Notes under the pieces: model-generated
Told to the model about the DNA's origin: nothing
The model's database searches: none
The model's input: the letters and a program-made list of their open reading frames with translations, nothing else
Program-made: the position numbers and the translations under genes
In this document: in pieces, positions 1 to 8,877 of the stretch
Numbering within the stretch: position 1 is the stretch's first letter
Layout of the letters: the number at the start of each line of letters is the position of its first letter
Source of the DNA: Candidatus Latescibacterota bacterium
Lineage (GTDB): Bacteria > Latescibacterota > UBA2968 > UBA8231
NCBI GenBank assembly: GCA_965248265.1
Contig: CBDFJF010000001.1
Coordinates: 3,114,794-3,178,793 of the forward strand
Reading direction: 5' to 3'
DNA length: 64,000 nt

Positions 1-2
1 CG

Positions 3-518
3 GGAGCCGAAGTGCCAGGTCCGGATTCGGCTGACATGGGCTTGGCCGCAGCCGCCTATCTGATGGAAGAGTGTGTGCGACCAGATGGCGCGGTGTTCCA
101 CTGCGTGACTGAGAGTGGCCCCCAAGTGGTCGGACTGCTGGAGGACCAGATGTTGGCTGCCCAGGCGCTGTGGGAGGCCTATCGAGTTTCGGGCAACGAC
201 GAGTTTGTCAGTACCACTCGTCGTATTCTGAAGTGGACGGAGACCAATCTGCGTGACGCCAGGGAACAAGCATTCATCGACGGGCAGGAAGATGCCGCCA
301 TACCCGCCTGGAAGCAGGCGATACGGTTCGCGGATGAGGTGGTGCCGGCCGGGAATGCGATTGCCGCAACGCTGTACCTGCAAATGGGTCAAGAGGCTAT
401 GGCCTCTGAGCTCTTGAGCGACCGGGTGTTCGATTCCAAGGTTCCTCGGCGCTCGTACGTCTCCTTTGGCCGCGCCCTCCTGCGGTGGCAGGCAGCGACG
501 GGAGTGACCACAGAGTGA
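3..518 (+). CDS. Thioredoxin-domain / six-hairpin glycosidase-like protein (YyaL/SPATA20 family), C-terminal part, 5' truncated by window edge
   Basis: Frame is open from the window start. GLLEDQ..AAQALWEAY..SG and D.VVPAGNAIAA resemble the YyaL C-terminal motifs. Confidence 0.6.
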   Translation, partial: GAEVPGPDSADMGLAAAAYLMEECVRPDGAVFHCVTESGPQVVGLLEDQMLAAQALWEAYRVSGNDEFVSTTRRILKWTETNLRDAREQAFIDGQEDAAIPAWKQAIRFADEVVPAGNAIAATLYLQMGQEAMASELLSDRVFDSKVPRRSYVSFGRALLRWQAATGVTTE

Positions 519-540
519 CAACTAGAGTGACAGCTAGAGT
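502..540. repeat. Short tandem repeat (about 12 bp unit AGAGTGACA[A/G]CT) overlapping the stop codon
   Basis: GAGTGAC at 502, AGAGTGACAACT at 512, AGAGTGACAGCT at 524, AGAGT at 536. Confidence 0.7.
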
Positions 541-549
541 ACCCCAGCG

Positions 550-1458
550 ATGAAGATCCTCGTAACTGGTGCCCACGGTTTGCTGGGACAACATCTTCTG
601 CGAGTGGATCGCGAGGGGGTCGAGTTGGTGGGCAGTGGTCGCAGCAGTGAGCTTGTGGGATCGGCCAGCTACCGATCCGTCCAGCTGGATGATCCGGATG
701 CCGTCGCTCGCCTGATGGAGGAGGTACGACCCCAGTGGGTCATTCACACCGCGGCCATCACCAACGTCGATCGTTGTGAGACAGAGAGGGAAGAAGCTCG
801 ACGGGTCAACCTCGGATTGGTCGAGATTCTCGTCGGTTGCTGCAAGGCGGCCGACATCGGACTGGTGCAGTTGTCAACGGACTACGTGTTCAGTGGTGAT
901 GACGGTCCCTACAGCGAAGATGCCGAACCGCGACCGCTGTCCTACTACGGCCAGCTCAAGTTGGAGAGTGAGCACCGGGTGCTGGAATCCGGGATCCGCG
1001 GAATCGTCCTGCGCACGTTGTGGCTTTACGGTTACCTGCCGGAAACCAGGCCGAACCTGGTGACTTGGCCTCTGGGAGCCCTGCATCGTGGCGAAGCTCT
1101 GCGCATCGTGGATGACCAATGGGGCAATCCGACCTTCGTCGTCGACCTGGCGGACGCGCTCATCGATTTGTGTCGGGGAGAGGGTGCCGGTGTCTTCCAC
1201 ATGGGGGGCGCCGACTTCATGACCCGGCATCAAATGGTGGAACAACTGGGCGCATTCTTCGGCCTCGACACAGCTGGCGTGGAGCCGATCAAGACAACGG
1301 ACGCTGGCCAGAGTGCGCCGCGTCCAAGACGCTCAGGTCTAACCAGCGATCGCCTCACCACCACTCTCGGCCGCCGTCCGTTGACCCTGGAGCAGGGCTT
1401 GACTCGGATGACGGAAGACGAACACTTTCGGCGTGATTTCGACTACTTATTCACATAG
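550..1458 (+). CDS. rfbD: dTDP-4-dehydrorhamnose reductase
   Basis: GAHGLLG Rossmann motif, HTAAITNVDRCE, STDYVF, YGQLK (YxxxK), DQWGNPT, APRP. Confidence 0.9.
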   Translation: MKILVTGAHGLLGQHLLRVDREGVELVGSGRSSELVGSASYRSVQLDDPDAVARLMEEVRPQWVIHTAAITNVDRCETEREEARRVNLGLVEILVGCCKAADIGLVQLSTDYVFSGDDGPYSEDAEPRPLSYYGQLKLESEHRVLESGIRGIVLRTLWLYGYLPETRPNLVTWPLGALHRGEALRIVDDQWGNPTFVVDLADALIDLCRGEGAGVFHMGGADFMTRHQMVEQLGAFFGLDTAGVEPIKTTDAGQSAPRPRRSGLTSDRLTTTLGRRPLTLEQGLTRMTEDEHFRRDFDYLFT

Positions 1459-1473
1459 GAACCCAGACAACCC

Positions 1474-2190
1474 ATGCGAAGCGAAAGCCAGCAGACGCTA
1501 TCCGTTTCACTGATCACCCCGACCTACAACGAGAAGGAGAACATCGGTCTTCTGGCGGACGAAATCTTTCAGGTCTTGGCCGGGGTGGACGATATCGATC
1601 TGGAGTTGATCGTAGTCGATGATAACTCGCCCGATGGCACCGGCGAGGCAGCCGAGAAGCTCAAGGAGAAATACCCGGTGCAGGTCGTCCATCGAGCCGG
1701 CAAGCTCGGTCTTGGGTCCGCCGTGATGGAGGGCTTTGCGTTGTCGGAGCGTCCTTACGTGGGGGTCATGGATGCCGACATGAGTCACGACCCCGTCGTC
1801 CTGCCGCAGTTGATTCATGCGCTGCGAGACTTTGACCTGACCATCGGCAGTCGCTTCGGAGAGACCAGCCTGGTCGAGGAATGGGCATGGCACCGCAAGT
1901 TGGTGTCGCTGGTTGGAGTGGCCATGGGGCGAATGCTCACCGGAGCCGAGGATCCACTTACTGGATTCTTCTTCGTTCGCACCCGCTCGCTGGAGGGGTT
2001 GTCCCTCACCTCTTCAGGATTCAAGATCCTGCTAGAGATTTTGTGCAAGGGGCGCTGCCGAAACCATCTGTCGATACCCATCGTCTTCCGCAATCGTGAA
2101 TTCAGCGCGAGCAAGCTCAATTGGCGCGAGCACTTGCTGTTTATGAAGCAGATCCTCTACTTCGCGTTGCGGAAACTGGCCGGGCGCTAG
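1474..2190 (+). CDS. Polyprenol monophosphomannose synthase-like GT2 glycosyltransferase (DPM1-like)
   Basis: PTYNEKENI, VVDDNSPDGT, KLGLGSA, MDADMSHDP, GFKILLEIL. Confidence 0.85.
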   Translation: MRSESQQTLSVSLITPTYNEKENIGLLADEIFQVLAGVDDIDLELIVVDDNSPDGTGEAAEKLKEKYPVQVVHRAGKLGLGSAVMEGFALSERPYVGVMDADMSHDPVVLPQLIHALRDFDLTIGSRFGETSLVEEWAWHRKLVSLVGVAMGRMLTGAEDPLTGFFFVRTRSLEGLSLTSSGFKILLEILCKGRCRNHLSIPIVFRNREFSASKLNWREHLLFMKQILYFALRKLAGR

Positions 2191-2194
2191 TCTC

Positions 2195-3913
2195 TTGAGC
2201 GGCGGGGGAGAACTCCTCAGACCACAAACGCTCGATCTGAGCGTGGTTATCCCAAGCTTCAACACCTGCAAGCTGATCGAACGGGCGTTGCGCACCGTAT
2301 TCGAAGCCTCGAAGGATCTGGACATCGAGGTCATCGTCGTCGACAACGCTTCGAACGACGGTAGCCCGGAGATGATCGAGGACAAATTCCCCGACGTCCG
2401 GCTCATCAAGAATGACAACAATCTCGGTTTTGCGGGCGCCAACAATATGGCATTTCGCCAATCCGAGGGCCGACATGTGCTGCTGCTCAATTCCGACACG
2501 CTGGTGCGACCGGACACGCTGCGCTGCCTGGTGGAGTTTCTCGACACGCACCCCGAAGCCGGCGCCGCCGGCTGCAAGATCCTCAATCCAGACGGCACCT
2601 TCCAACATGATTGCCGGCGGGGATTCCCCACGCCGATGGCGGCGATCTACAAGCTCTCGGGATTGAGTCGGTTGTTCCACAACAACCCTCGATTTGCTCG
2701 CTACAACCTGACGTATCTCGATCCCGATGAGTTGAGCGAAGTCGACGCCCTGTCCGGTTCGTGCATGATGGTTCGTCGCGAGGTTCTCGACCAGGTGGGT
2801 TTCCTCGACGAGGACTACTTCATGTACGGAGAGGACCTGGATTGGTGCTTCCGGATGAGGCAGGGTGGTTGGCGGATCTACTATGTACCGACGACGACGA
2901 TCATCCACTTCCGCGGTCGGAGCGGGCACCGGCAACAGATGCGGATTCAGTACCGAAAGAACGAGGCGATGGCGATCTTCGTGCGCAAGCATATGAAGGA
3001 TCGCTATCGCATTTTTCCGACCTGGGTTCTGCATCTGGGCATACTGATTTACGGTGCGTATTCCTTTGTTCGACCGGTGGCTCAGAGACTGGCGCTGCCG
3101 CTATTGGATGCTGTGCTGGTGCTGAGCAGCCTGAAACTCGGCATCGTGCTGCGATACCACGAAAAACTCACACCGGTCATCCGCGACATAGAAGCGGCAG
3201 GTACTCGATTCGATCTGGATTTTGAACCGACGCGATGGCTGGAGCTACCTGCGTACAGTGATGCACAGTGGTTGGTCGTCTATGCCGTGTCGACGGCGCT
3301 GTGGTTGTTGGCCTTTTCCATTTGTGGACTATACGACAAGCACAAGTACTCTCCAGTCCGGGCGGTAATGGCTGTATCGATGGGATTCGCCTTCGTGGTC
3401 ACCACGGTGTTTTTCTTCAAGGCCTACAACTTTTCGCGCCTGGTCGCGGGGACGGCATGGTTTTTCAGCGCACTTCTTGTTGCGGGCTGGCGCGCCGGCT
3501 CAAGGCTGGTCATGCATTCAAAAAGAAGCCGCCGGATGAGCCGCAGAAAGGTGATCGTCGTCGGCACCGATGCCGACGCTGAGCGCTTGCTGAAATACCT
3601 GCACAGCGTCGGAGGGCTGGATTGCGACCTGCTCGGAATCGTCGCCGCCGAAAGGGAGGCCATCGGCAGAGTGGTTGCCGATGTTCAAGTCATCGGTCCC
3701 GTCGAGGATCTGGCCGAGATCGTCAACGAGTACGGTGCTGACGAACTGCTGTTCACGTCGCATACCATCGTTCACTCCCTGCACCAGGTCGGCCACGGTT
3801 TCGCCTCTCGGCATCTGCGCCTGCGGATAATCCCGACATCCTTTCATGACCTCATCGCCGCAGACCCACCGCAATCATTGGACGATCTACCTCTTGTCGA
3901 CGTCAGCAGGTAA
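2195..3913 (+). CDS. GT2 glycosyltransferase (WbbL-like) fused to a membrane / CoA-binding-like domain
   Basis: VVDNASNDGS, NLGFAGANN, LLLNSD, GSCMMVR, FMYGEDLDWC. C-terminal hydrophobic helices and VIVVGT..LLGIV resemble the N-terminus of WcaJ-type proteins. TTG start. Confidence 0.8.
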   Translation: MSGGGELLRPQTLDLSVVIPSFNTCKLIERALRTVFEASKDLDIEVIVVDNASNDGSPEMIEDKFPDVRLIKNDNNLGFAGANNMAFRQSEGRHVLLLNSDTLVRPDTLRCLVEFLDTHPEAGAAGCKILNPDGTFQHDCRRGFPTPMAAIYKLSGLSRLFHNNPRFARYNLTYLDPDELSEVDALSGSCMMVRREVLDQVGFLDEDYFMYGEDLDWCFRMRQGGWRIYYVPTTTIIHFRGRSGHRQQMRIQYRKNEAMAIFVRKHMKDRYRIFPTWVLHLGILIYGAYSFVRPVAQRLALPLLDAVLVLSSLKLGIVLRYHEKLTPVIRDIEAAGTRFDLDFEPTRWLELPAYSDAQWLVVYAVSTALWLLAFSICGLYDKHKYSPVRAVMAVSMGFAFVVTTVFFFKAYNFSRLVAGTAWFFSALLVAGWRAGSRLVMHSKRSRRMSRRKVIVVGTDADAERLLKYLHSVGGLDCDLLGIVAAEREAIGRVVADVQVIGPVEDLAEIVNEYGADELLFTSHTIVHSLHQVGHGFASRHLRLRIIPTSFHDLIAADPPQSLDDLPLVDVSR

Positions 3914-3952
3914 GCCCGAAGATGCCTTGCCCAAGGCTACTAAACCGACCTA

Positions 3953-4016
3953 TGTTTACCACCTTCGATGTTTACCGTATTCGACGTCTACCGTATTCGA
4001 CGTCTACCGTATTCGA
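3953..4016. repeat. Four tandem 16-bp repeats
   Basis: TGTTTACCACCTTCGA / TGTTTACCGTATTCGA / CGTCTACCGTATTCGA / CGTCTACCGTATTCGA, contiguous and intergenic. Confidence 0.9.
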
Positions 4017-4082
4017 CCCCATGCTGCTGCTTTTGGAGCGCGGGGAGGTAGTCCAGGCAGGTTCGTACAGGTGAGGTAACAC

Positions 4083-4790
4083 GTGATGGCCAATCAAGAG
4101 ATCAGAGTGGCGGGTGGAAGAGAAATCGTCCTGCCGATCAGCAAGGCAGTCGAGATTAGTATCCGCAGCCTCAAGATCCGCTTTGGCCGATCTCTGATAA
4201 CGACCAGCGGTATCATCCTAGCCATCGCTTTCCTGATGTCGGTGTGGAGCAGCAATGACATCGTCAGCAGTCTCCGCGACGCCAACAAGAATGATATAAA
4301 CCTGCTGCTTCAAAAGAACGGGATTGCGACAATGGACGCGGCTGGCACCGCCACCGGGGAATCGGCGAAACGAGCGATGGAAGAGCAGTCCAAGCAGACC
4401 TGGCTGATCTCCCTGTCCCTGCTGGTGTGCGTGGTCGGCATCGCCAACGCCATGCTGATGTCGGTGACCGAACGATTTCGCGAGATCGGCACGATGAAAT
4501 GCCTGGGCGCACTGGACTCGTTCATCATCAAGCTTTTTCTGTTGGAATCGACCTTTCAGGGACTCGCAGGGACGATCTCAGGGATCGCCATCGGTCTGTT
4601 GATGACGGTGATCCTGGCAACCATCGACTACGGCCAGTTCGTCTTCGAGTATTTCCCGCTGGCTTCCGTTATCAGGTCTGCCGTTGCCGCCATAATCGCC
4701 GGCACGGTCCTGTCGCTGATCGGTGCCATGTTGCCTGCCTACAAGGCGGCGAAGATGGAACCGGTCGAAGCCATGCGGCTTGAAGCGTAG
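4083..4790 (+). CDS. ABC transporter permease, FtsX/MacB-like (short, lacks a large periplasmic domain)
   Basis: GIANAMLMSVTERFREIGTMKCLGA and LPAYKAAKMEPVEAMR are FtsX-family motifs. Confidence 0.85.
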   Translation: MMANQEIRVAGGREIVLPISKAVEISIRSLKIRFGRSLITTSGIILAIAFLMSVWSSNDIVSSLRDANKNDINLLLQKNGIATMDAAGTATGESAKRAMEEQSKQTWLISLSLLVCVVGIANAMLMSVTERFREIGTMKCLGALDSFIIKLFLLESTFQGLAGTISGIAIGLLMTVILATIDYGQFVFEYFPLASVIRSAVAAIIAGTVLSLIGAMLPAYKAAKMEPVEAMRLEA

Positions 4791-4819
4791 ACTTGGTAGA
4801 GGCCACAAGGAAGGACACT

Positions 4820-5593
4820 ATGTCTGAGAGCTCTCAAACCACAACCAGCCAGCCATCGACGGAGCAGCGCACCGTCGTCCGAACTCAGGGCGTCAAGAAG
4901 CTCTACCAAATGGGGGCGATTGAGGTGCATGCCCTGCGTGGAGTGGACATAGAGATTTACTCAGGAGAGTACATGTCCATCATGGGGCCTTCCGGTTCCG
5001 GCAAGAGCACGCTGTTCAACATGGTTGGGGGGCTCGACAAGCCGTCCGAGGGCAAGGTCTACATCGATGAGGTAGATGTCGCCCAGCTCGATGCCTATGA
5101 ACTGGCGTGGCTGCGTTGCCGCAAGATCGGCTACATCTTCCAGTCCTTCAATCTCATACCTGTTATGACTGCCCTGGAGAATGTCACGCTGCCCATGGTG
5201 TTCGCCGGGCTGAGTAGCGACGAATCACGCGACAAGGGCATGGACCTGCTCGAAAAGGTCGGTCTCAAGGACCGGCACTCGCACAAGCCATTCGAGCTGT
5301 CCGGTGGACAGCAGCAGCGTGTCGCCGTTGCTCGCGCTCTGGCCAACGATCCCGCCGTGGTGCTGGCTGACGAACCCACCGGAAATCTGGATCTGCACAC
5401 TGGTACCGAGATCATCGAGCTGTTGAAGACGATGAACGAAGGGTCCGGGGTCACGGTCATTTCTGCCACGCATGATCACAAGATGCTCAGCGTCTCCGAT
5501 CGTGTCGTCTGGATCAAGGATGGGCAGGTGGAAAACATCAAGCACCGCGAGGAGCTGGAGATCGAGGTCGCCTCCGTCGAAGGGGAGGACTAG
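4820..5593 (+). CDS. ABC transporter ATP-binding protein (LolD/MacB family)
   Basis: Walker A GPSGSGKS, signature LSGGQQQRVAVARAL, ADEPTGNLD, H-loop ATHD. ATG at 4820 follows AGGAAGGA. Confidence 0.9.
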   Translation: MSESSQTTTSQPSTEQRTVVRTQGVKKLYQMGAIEVHALRGVDIEIYSGEYMSIMGPSGSGKSTLFNMVGGLDKPSEGKVYIDEVDVAQLDAYELAWLRCRKIGYIFQSFNLIPVMTALENVTLPMVFAGLSSDESRDKGMDLLEKVGLKDRHSHKPFELSGGQQQRVAVARALANDPAVVLADEPTGNLDLHTGTEIIELLKTMNEGSGVTVISATHDHKMLSVSDRVVWIKDGQVENIKHREELEIEVASVEGED

Positions 5594-5605
5594 TCCTCGA
5601 CCACC

Positions 5606-6355
5606 ATAGCTGAACTGCCCCTCTCGTTCTGGGTTGCCGCCACTGCGGCCGTCATCCTGCTTGGCGTCGCCAAGGCCGGGTTTGGTGGTGGGGCCGGAGC
5701 AGCGGCAACCCCGCTGCTGGCGATGACGATTTCAATAACGGACGCCGTCGCCTTGTTGCTGCCGCTTCTGATGCTGTGTGACGTGTTTTCCGTATGGCAC
5801 TACCGTGGAACCTTTCACCGGCGCAGCGTCAAGTTGCTGTTGCCCGGATCGATAATCGGTGTTGCCATCGGAACGCTCTTCTTCGGCTACTTCATCGAAA
5901 ATCAGAGGGTCCTTGAGGTCGGTCTCGGTGTCGTGACGCTGCTGTTCGTCGGATTTCGCCTGGCGAGTCAACGCTGGACGGCGGCGCTGCAGAGTCGGCA
6001 TCCCACCGCCGCCGAAGGGGTGTTCATGGGCATGGTCTCCGGCTTCGCTTCCACCATAGCGCACGCGGGAGGACCGCCGACTACCATCTATTTGCTGCCA
6101 CTGCGCATGGCCAGGGATCTATTCGTCGGCACGACGGTGATCTTCTTCGCCGGGCTCAACTGGTTAAAGCTGGCCGCGTTTATTTTTCTCGGCCTGTTGA
6201 ACCCCAACAATTTGACCGCAGTGGCGATCTTGGCACCCCTGTCTCTGTTCAGTGTCCGCCTCGGAATCATCCTGAACAGGCACTTCTCCGATGTTTGGTT
6301 CAACCGCATCGTCTACGTGGTACTGGTCGCGACTGGCATTCGACTGCTGCTTTAA
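5606..6355 (+). CDS. Sulfite exporter TauE/SafE family membrane protein (start uncertain, upstream of the ORF-track start)
   Basis: In-frame sequence upstream of 5723 encodes LLGVAKAGFGGGAG, the conserved N-terminal motif. AHAGGPP is the second-repeat motif. The only candidate starts are ATA 5606 and CTG 5615. Confidence 0.8.
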   Translation: MAELPLSFWVAATAAVILLGVAKAGFGGGAGAAATPLLAMTISITDAVALLLPLLMLCDVFSVWHYRGTFHRRSVKLLLPGSIIGVAIGTLFFGYFIENQRVLEVGLGVVTLLFVGFRLASQRWTAALQSRHPTAAEGVFMGMVSGFASTIAHAGGPPTTIYLLPLRMARDLFVGTTVIFFAGLNWLKLAAFIFLGLLNPNNLTAVAILAPLSLFSVRLGIILNRHFSDVWFNRIVYVVLVATGIRLLL

Positions 6356-6361
6356 ACTCTC

Positions 6362-6390
6362 TTGACATTGGCTGCTGAGCCCGTTAGTTT
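6362..6390 (+). promoter_or_regulatory. Sigma70-type promoter of the trp leader
   Basis: TTGACA (6362-6367), 17 bp spacer, TAGTTT (6385-6390), 10 nt before the leader ATG. Confidence 0.7.
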
Positions 6391-6400
6391 CCAACACGTT

Positions 6401-6493
6401 ATGGAAAAAGCAACGAACGCAGGCCGTTACCGGGTGTGGCGCTTTTGGCGAAGCGCGACAAGAGTAGGGCTGCGTCCACATACTAGACGGTAA
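6401..6493 (+). CDS. trpL: trp operon leader peptide (30 aa, MEKATNAGRYRVWRFWRSATRVGLRPHTRR)
   Basis: Short ORF with two TGG codons (W13, W16), lying between the promoter and a terminator directly upstream of trpE. Confidence 0.8.
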   Translation: MEKATNAGRYRVWRFWRSATRVGLRPHTRR

Positions 6494-6521
6494 TATTCGA
6501 GACCCACCGAATTACTTTACG

Positions 6522-6558
6522 ACCGCGGACGCACTGATTGCGTCTGCGGTTTTTTTTT
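6522..6558 (+). terminator. Intrinsic terminator of the trp attenuator
   Basis: Stem ACCGCGGACGCA / TGCGTCTGCGGT with a 5-nt loop, followed by a run of 8 T. Confidence 0.9.
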
Positions 6559-6644
6559 GCGAGCCGGTGCCGCTGCCAGTGCGCCGGCCGGCGCCAGGTG
6601 CGCCGCCCCCTTACGTGGGGATTCTGCTGAGGATGGTTAATACG

Positions 6645-8234
6645 ATGTCACAGAGCAATAGCACTCAATCGGCCATCAAACCGGTGCTCGCGGATTTCCA
6701 GAATCTGGCTGGCCGGGGAAACATCGTCCCCGTGTACAAGGAAGTGCTGGCGGATACAGACACCCCCGTGTCGGCGTACCTGAAACTGCGCGGGGAGAGC
6801 GACTGCAGCTTCCTGTTCGAAAGTATTGAAGGCGGGGAGCGCGCGGCTCGTTACTCGTTCCTCGGTATTGCGCCAACCAAGGTGTTCCGCTCGCGCGGAG
6901 ATCAGATTCAGATCGAGGATCGCAAGAGCGGTGAGAGCCGGCAGTTCACCGGTGTCGCCATCGACGAACTAAAAGCGCTCATGCAGGGCGCTAAAGGGGT
7001 CCATCTGCCCGAACTTCCCCGCTTTACGGGAGGGGCGGTCGGGTACCTCGGGTACGACGGCATCCGCCTGGTCGAGGACCTTCCAGACACCTGTGAGGAC
7101 GATCTGGATCTTGACGACATGATCTTTGCCGTGTTCGACTCGATTCTGGCGTTCGACAATCTGCGTCACACGGTGTTGTTGATCGCCAATGCCGATCTGG
7201 GCGAAGGACGCGATATTGATGTGGCCTATGCCGATGCTTGCGACCGCATCGAATACCTTGAGCAGTTGCTGGCGAGGCCGACGACGTCCACCCCCTTGCG
7301 GGGTGGAGGAACGATGCAGCCGGTGCGATCCAACATGAGTCACGACTACTATCTCAGCAGCATCGAAAAGTGTCTGGAGTACATACGCGCCGGAGACATC
7401 TTCCAGGTCGTGTTCTCGCAGAGGTTTTCCCTGGAGACCGACTGTGACCCGCTGGATATTTACCGCGTTCTGCGCACCATCAACCCATCGCCTTACATGT
7501 TCATGATCGAGCTGGACGGATTGCACATTCTCGGTGCCTCTCCGGAAATTCTTGTGCGCGTGGAAGACGGCACCCTGGAGGTTCGTCCCATCGCCGGAAC
7601 GCGGCCTCGTGGCAAGACGCCGGAAGAGGATCGCGACCTGGAAGCCGAACTGTTGGCAGATGACAAGGACCGCTCAGAGCATGTCATGCTGGTTGATCTG
7701 GGCCGCAACGACGTGGGCAGGGTCGCCGACTACCATACCGTGGGTGTCACCGAAATGATGCTGGTGGAACGCTATTCCCACGTCATGCACATCGTCTCGA
7801 ACGTGAGCGGCAAGCTCAGCCACAACATGGATTCGATCGATGCGCTGTTCGCCTGTTACCCGGCGGGCACGCTGTCAGGTGCCCCGAAGATCCGCGCGAT
7901 GGAGATCATCGACGAGTTGGAGCCGACGCGCCGCGGGATTTACGGAGGCGCCATCGGCTACATCGACTTCTCCGGGAATCTGGACACCTGCATCGCCATT
8001 CGCACGATGGTGGTCAAAGACGGGCGCGCCCATATCCAGGCTGGCGGGGGCATCGTCGCCGATTCGCAGCCAGAAGCAGAGTACCAGGAGACCGTCAACA
8101 AGGCGATGGCCTTGCTGCGCGCAGTGGAAATGGCATCACGGGGAAGTGTCGAGGCCTCGGGCGCAAGCATCAGCGGCCTGCAGGAGGGTAGCCTGCCGAC
8201 ATTCTTGAGCGTGAGTGCTACGGAGAAGAGGTGA
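6645..8234 (+). CDS. trpE: Anthranilate synthase component I
   Basis: DTDTPVSAY, FLFES, ARYSF, GDIFQVV, NPSPYM, GASPE, RPIAGT, EHVMLVDLGRND, GTLSGAPK. Start is ATG 6633 or 6645. Confidence 0.95.
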   Translation: MSQSNSTQSAIKPVLADFQNLAGRGNIVPVYKEVLADTDTPVSAYLKLRGESDCSFLFESIEGGERAARYSFLGIAPTKVFRSRGDQIQIEDRKSGESRQFTGVAIDELKALMQGAKGVHLPELPRFTGGAVGYLGYDGIRLVEDLPDTCEDDLDLDDMIFAVFDSILAFDNLRHTVLLIANADLGEGRDIDVAYADACDRIEYLEQLLARPTTSTPLRGGGTMQPVRSNMSHDYYLSSIEKCLEYIRAGDIFQVVFSQRFSLETDCDPLDIYRVLRTINPSPYMFMIELDGLHILGASPEILVRVEDGTLEVRPIAGTRPRGKTPEEDRDLEAELLADDKDRSEHVMLVDLGRNDVGRVADYHTVGVTEMMLVERYSHVMHIVSNVSGKLSHNMDSIDALFACYPAGTLSGAPKIRAMEIIDELEPTRRGIYGGAIGYIDFSGNLDTCIAIRTMVVKDGRAHIQAGGGIVADSQPEAEYQETVNKAMALLRAVEMASRGSVEASGASISGLQEGSLPTFLSVSATEKR

Positions 8235-8241
8235 ATGAACC

Positions 8242-8805
8242 ATGATCTTCGTTCTTGATAACTACGATTCCTTTACATACAATCTCGTCCAGTATTTGGG
8301 AGAGCTGGGCGCCGAGCTGCAGGTCTCTCGAAACGACAAGATCACCACCGACGAAATTGCCGCGCTCGCGCCCCAAAAAATCGTCATCTCTCCCGGTCCG
8401 TGCACTCCCAGCGAAGCCGGCATATCCGTCGATCTGGTTCGACGTTTCACTGGCGAAATTCCCATTCTTGGCGTTTGCCTGGGTCACCAGTCGATCGGCC
8501 AGGCCTTCGGCGGGGTAGTCAAGCGCGCCCCCTACATCATGCACGGGAAGACATCACAGATCAGCCATGACGGGAAGGGCATGTACAGTGGCCTGCCCAA
8601 TCCGTTTATGGCAACCCGCTATCACTCCCTGGCCGTGGAACGAGAAAGCCTGCCAGATTGCCTCGACGCTGTCGCTGAGACCGAAGATGGGCTGCTGATG
8701 GGGATCCGTCACAAGGAGTATCCAGTCGAGGGAGTGCAGTTCCATCCGGAGTCCATTCTGACGACAGAAGGCAAGAGTCTGTTGAGCAACTTCCTGATAT
8801 TGTAG
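8242..8805 (+). CDS. trpG: Anthranilate synthase component II (glutamine amidotransferase)
   Basis: [33 protein letters not shown]. Confidence 0.95.
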   Translation: MIFVLDNYDSFTYNLVQYLGELGAELQVSRNDKITTDEIAALAPQKIVISPGPCTPSEAGISVDLVRRFTGEIPILGVCLGHQSIGQAFGGVVKRAPYIMHGKTSQISHDGKGMYSGLPNPFMATRYHSLAVERESLPDCLDAVAETEDGLLMGIRHKEYPVEGVQFHPESILTTEGKSLLSNFLIL

Positions 8806-8877
8806 TGTGACTGTAGAGTGACTTAGAGTGATTTGAGGGACAGAGTCAGACCAGGCAACAGGGGAGTATTGGTAACC

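Larger units (their letters stand above)
6401..6558 (+). promoter_or_regulatory. Ribosome-mediated tryptophan transcription attenuator
   Basis: GTGTGGCGC (over the first Trp codon) can pair with GCGTCCACAT. TGCGTCC (6471-6477) can pair with GGACGCA (6527-6533) as antiterminator. This is mutually exclusive with the terminator. Confidence 0.8.

Noticed and set aside
3953-4016. Possible CRISPR array
   Set aside because: The units are 16 bp and contiguous with no spacers, and no cas genes are in the window.
6567-6632. Extended trpE N-terminus from GTG 6567 (similarly the long 5' extensions at 20232, 24566, 31259, 38111)
   Set aside because: The extensions are low-complexity and non-homologous, and most overlap neighbouring genes. 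Downstream starts fit better, most with an SD or a stop/start overlap.
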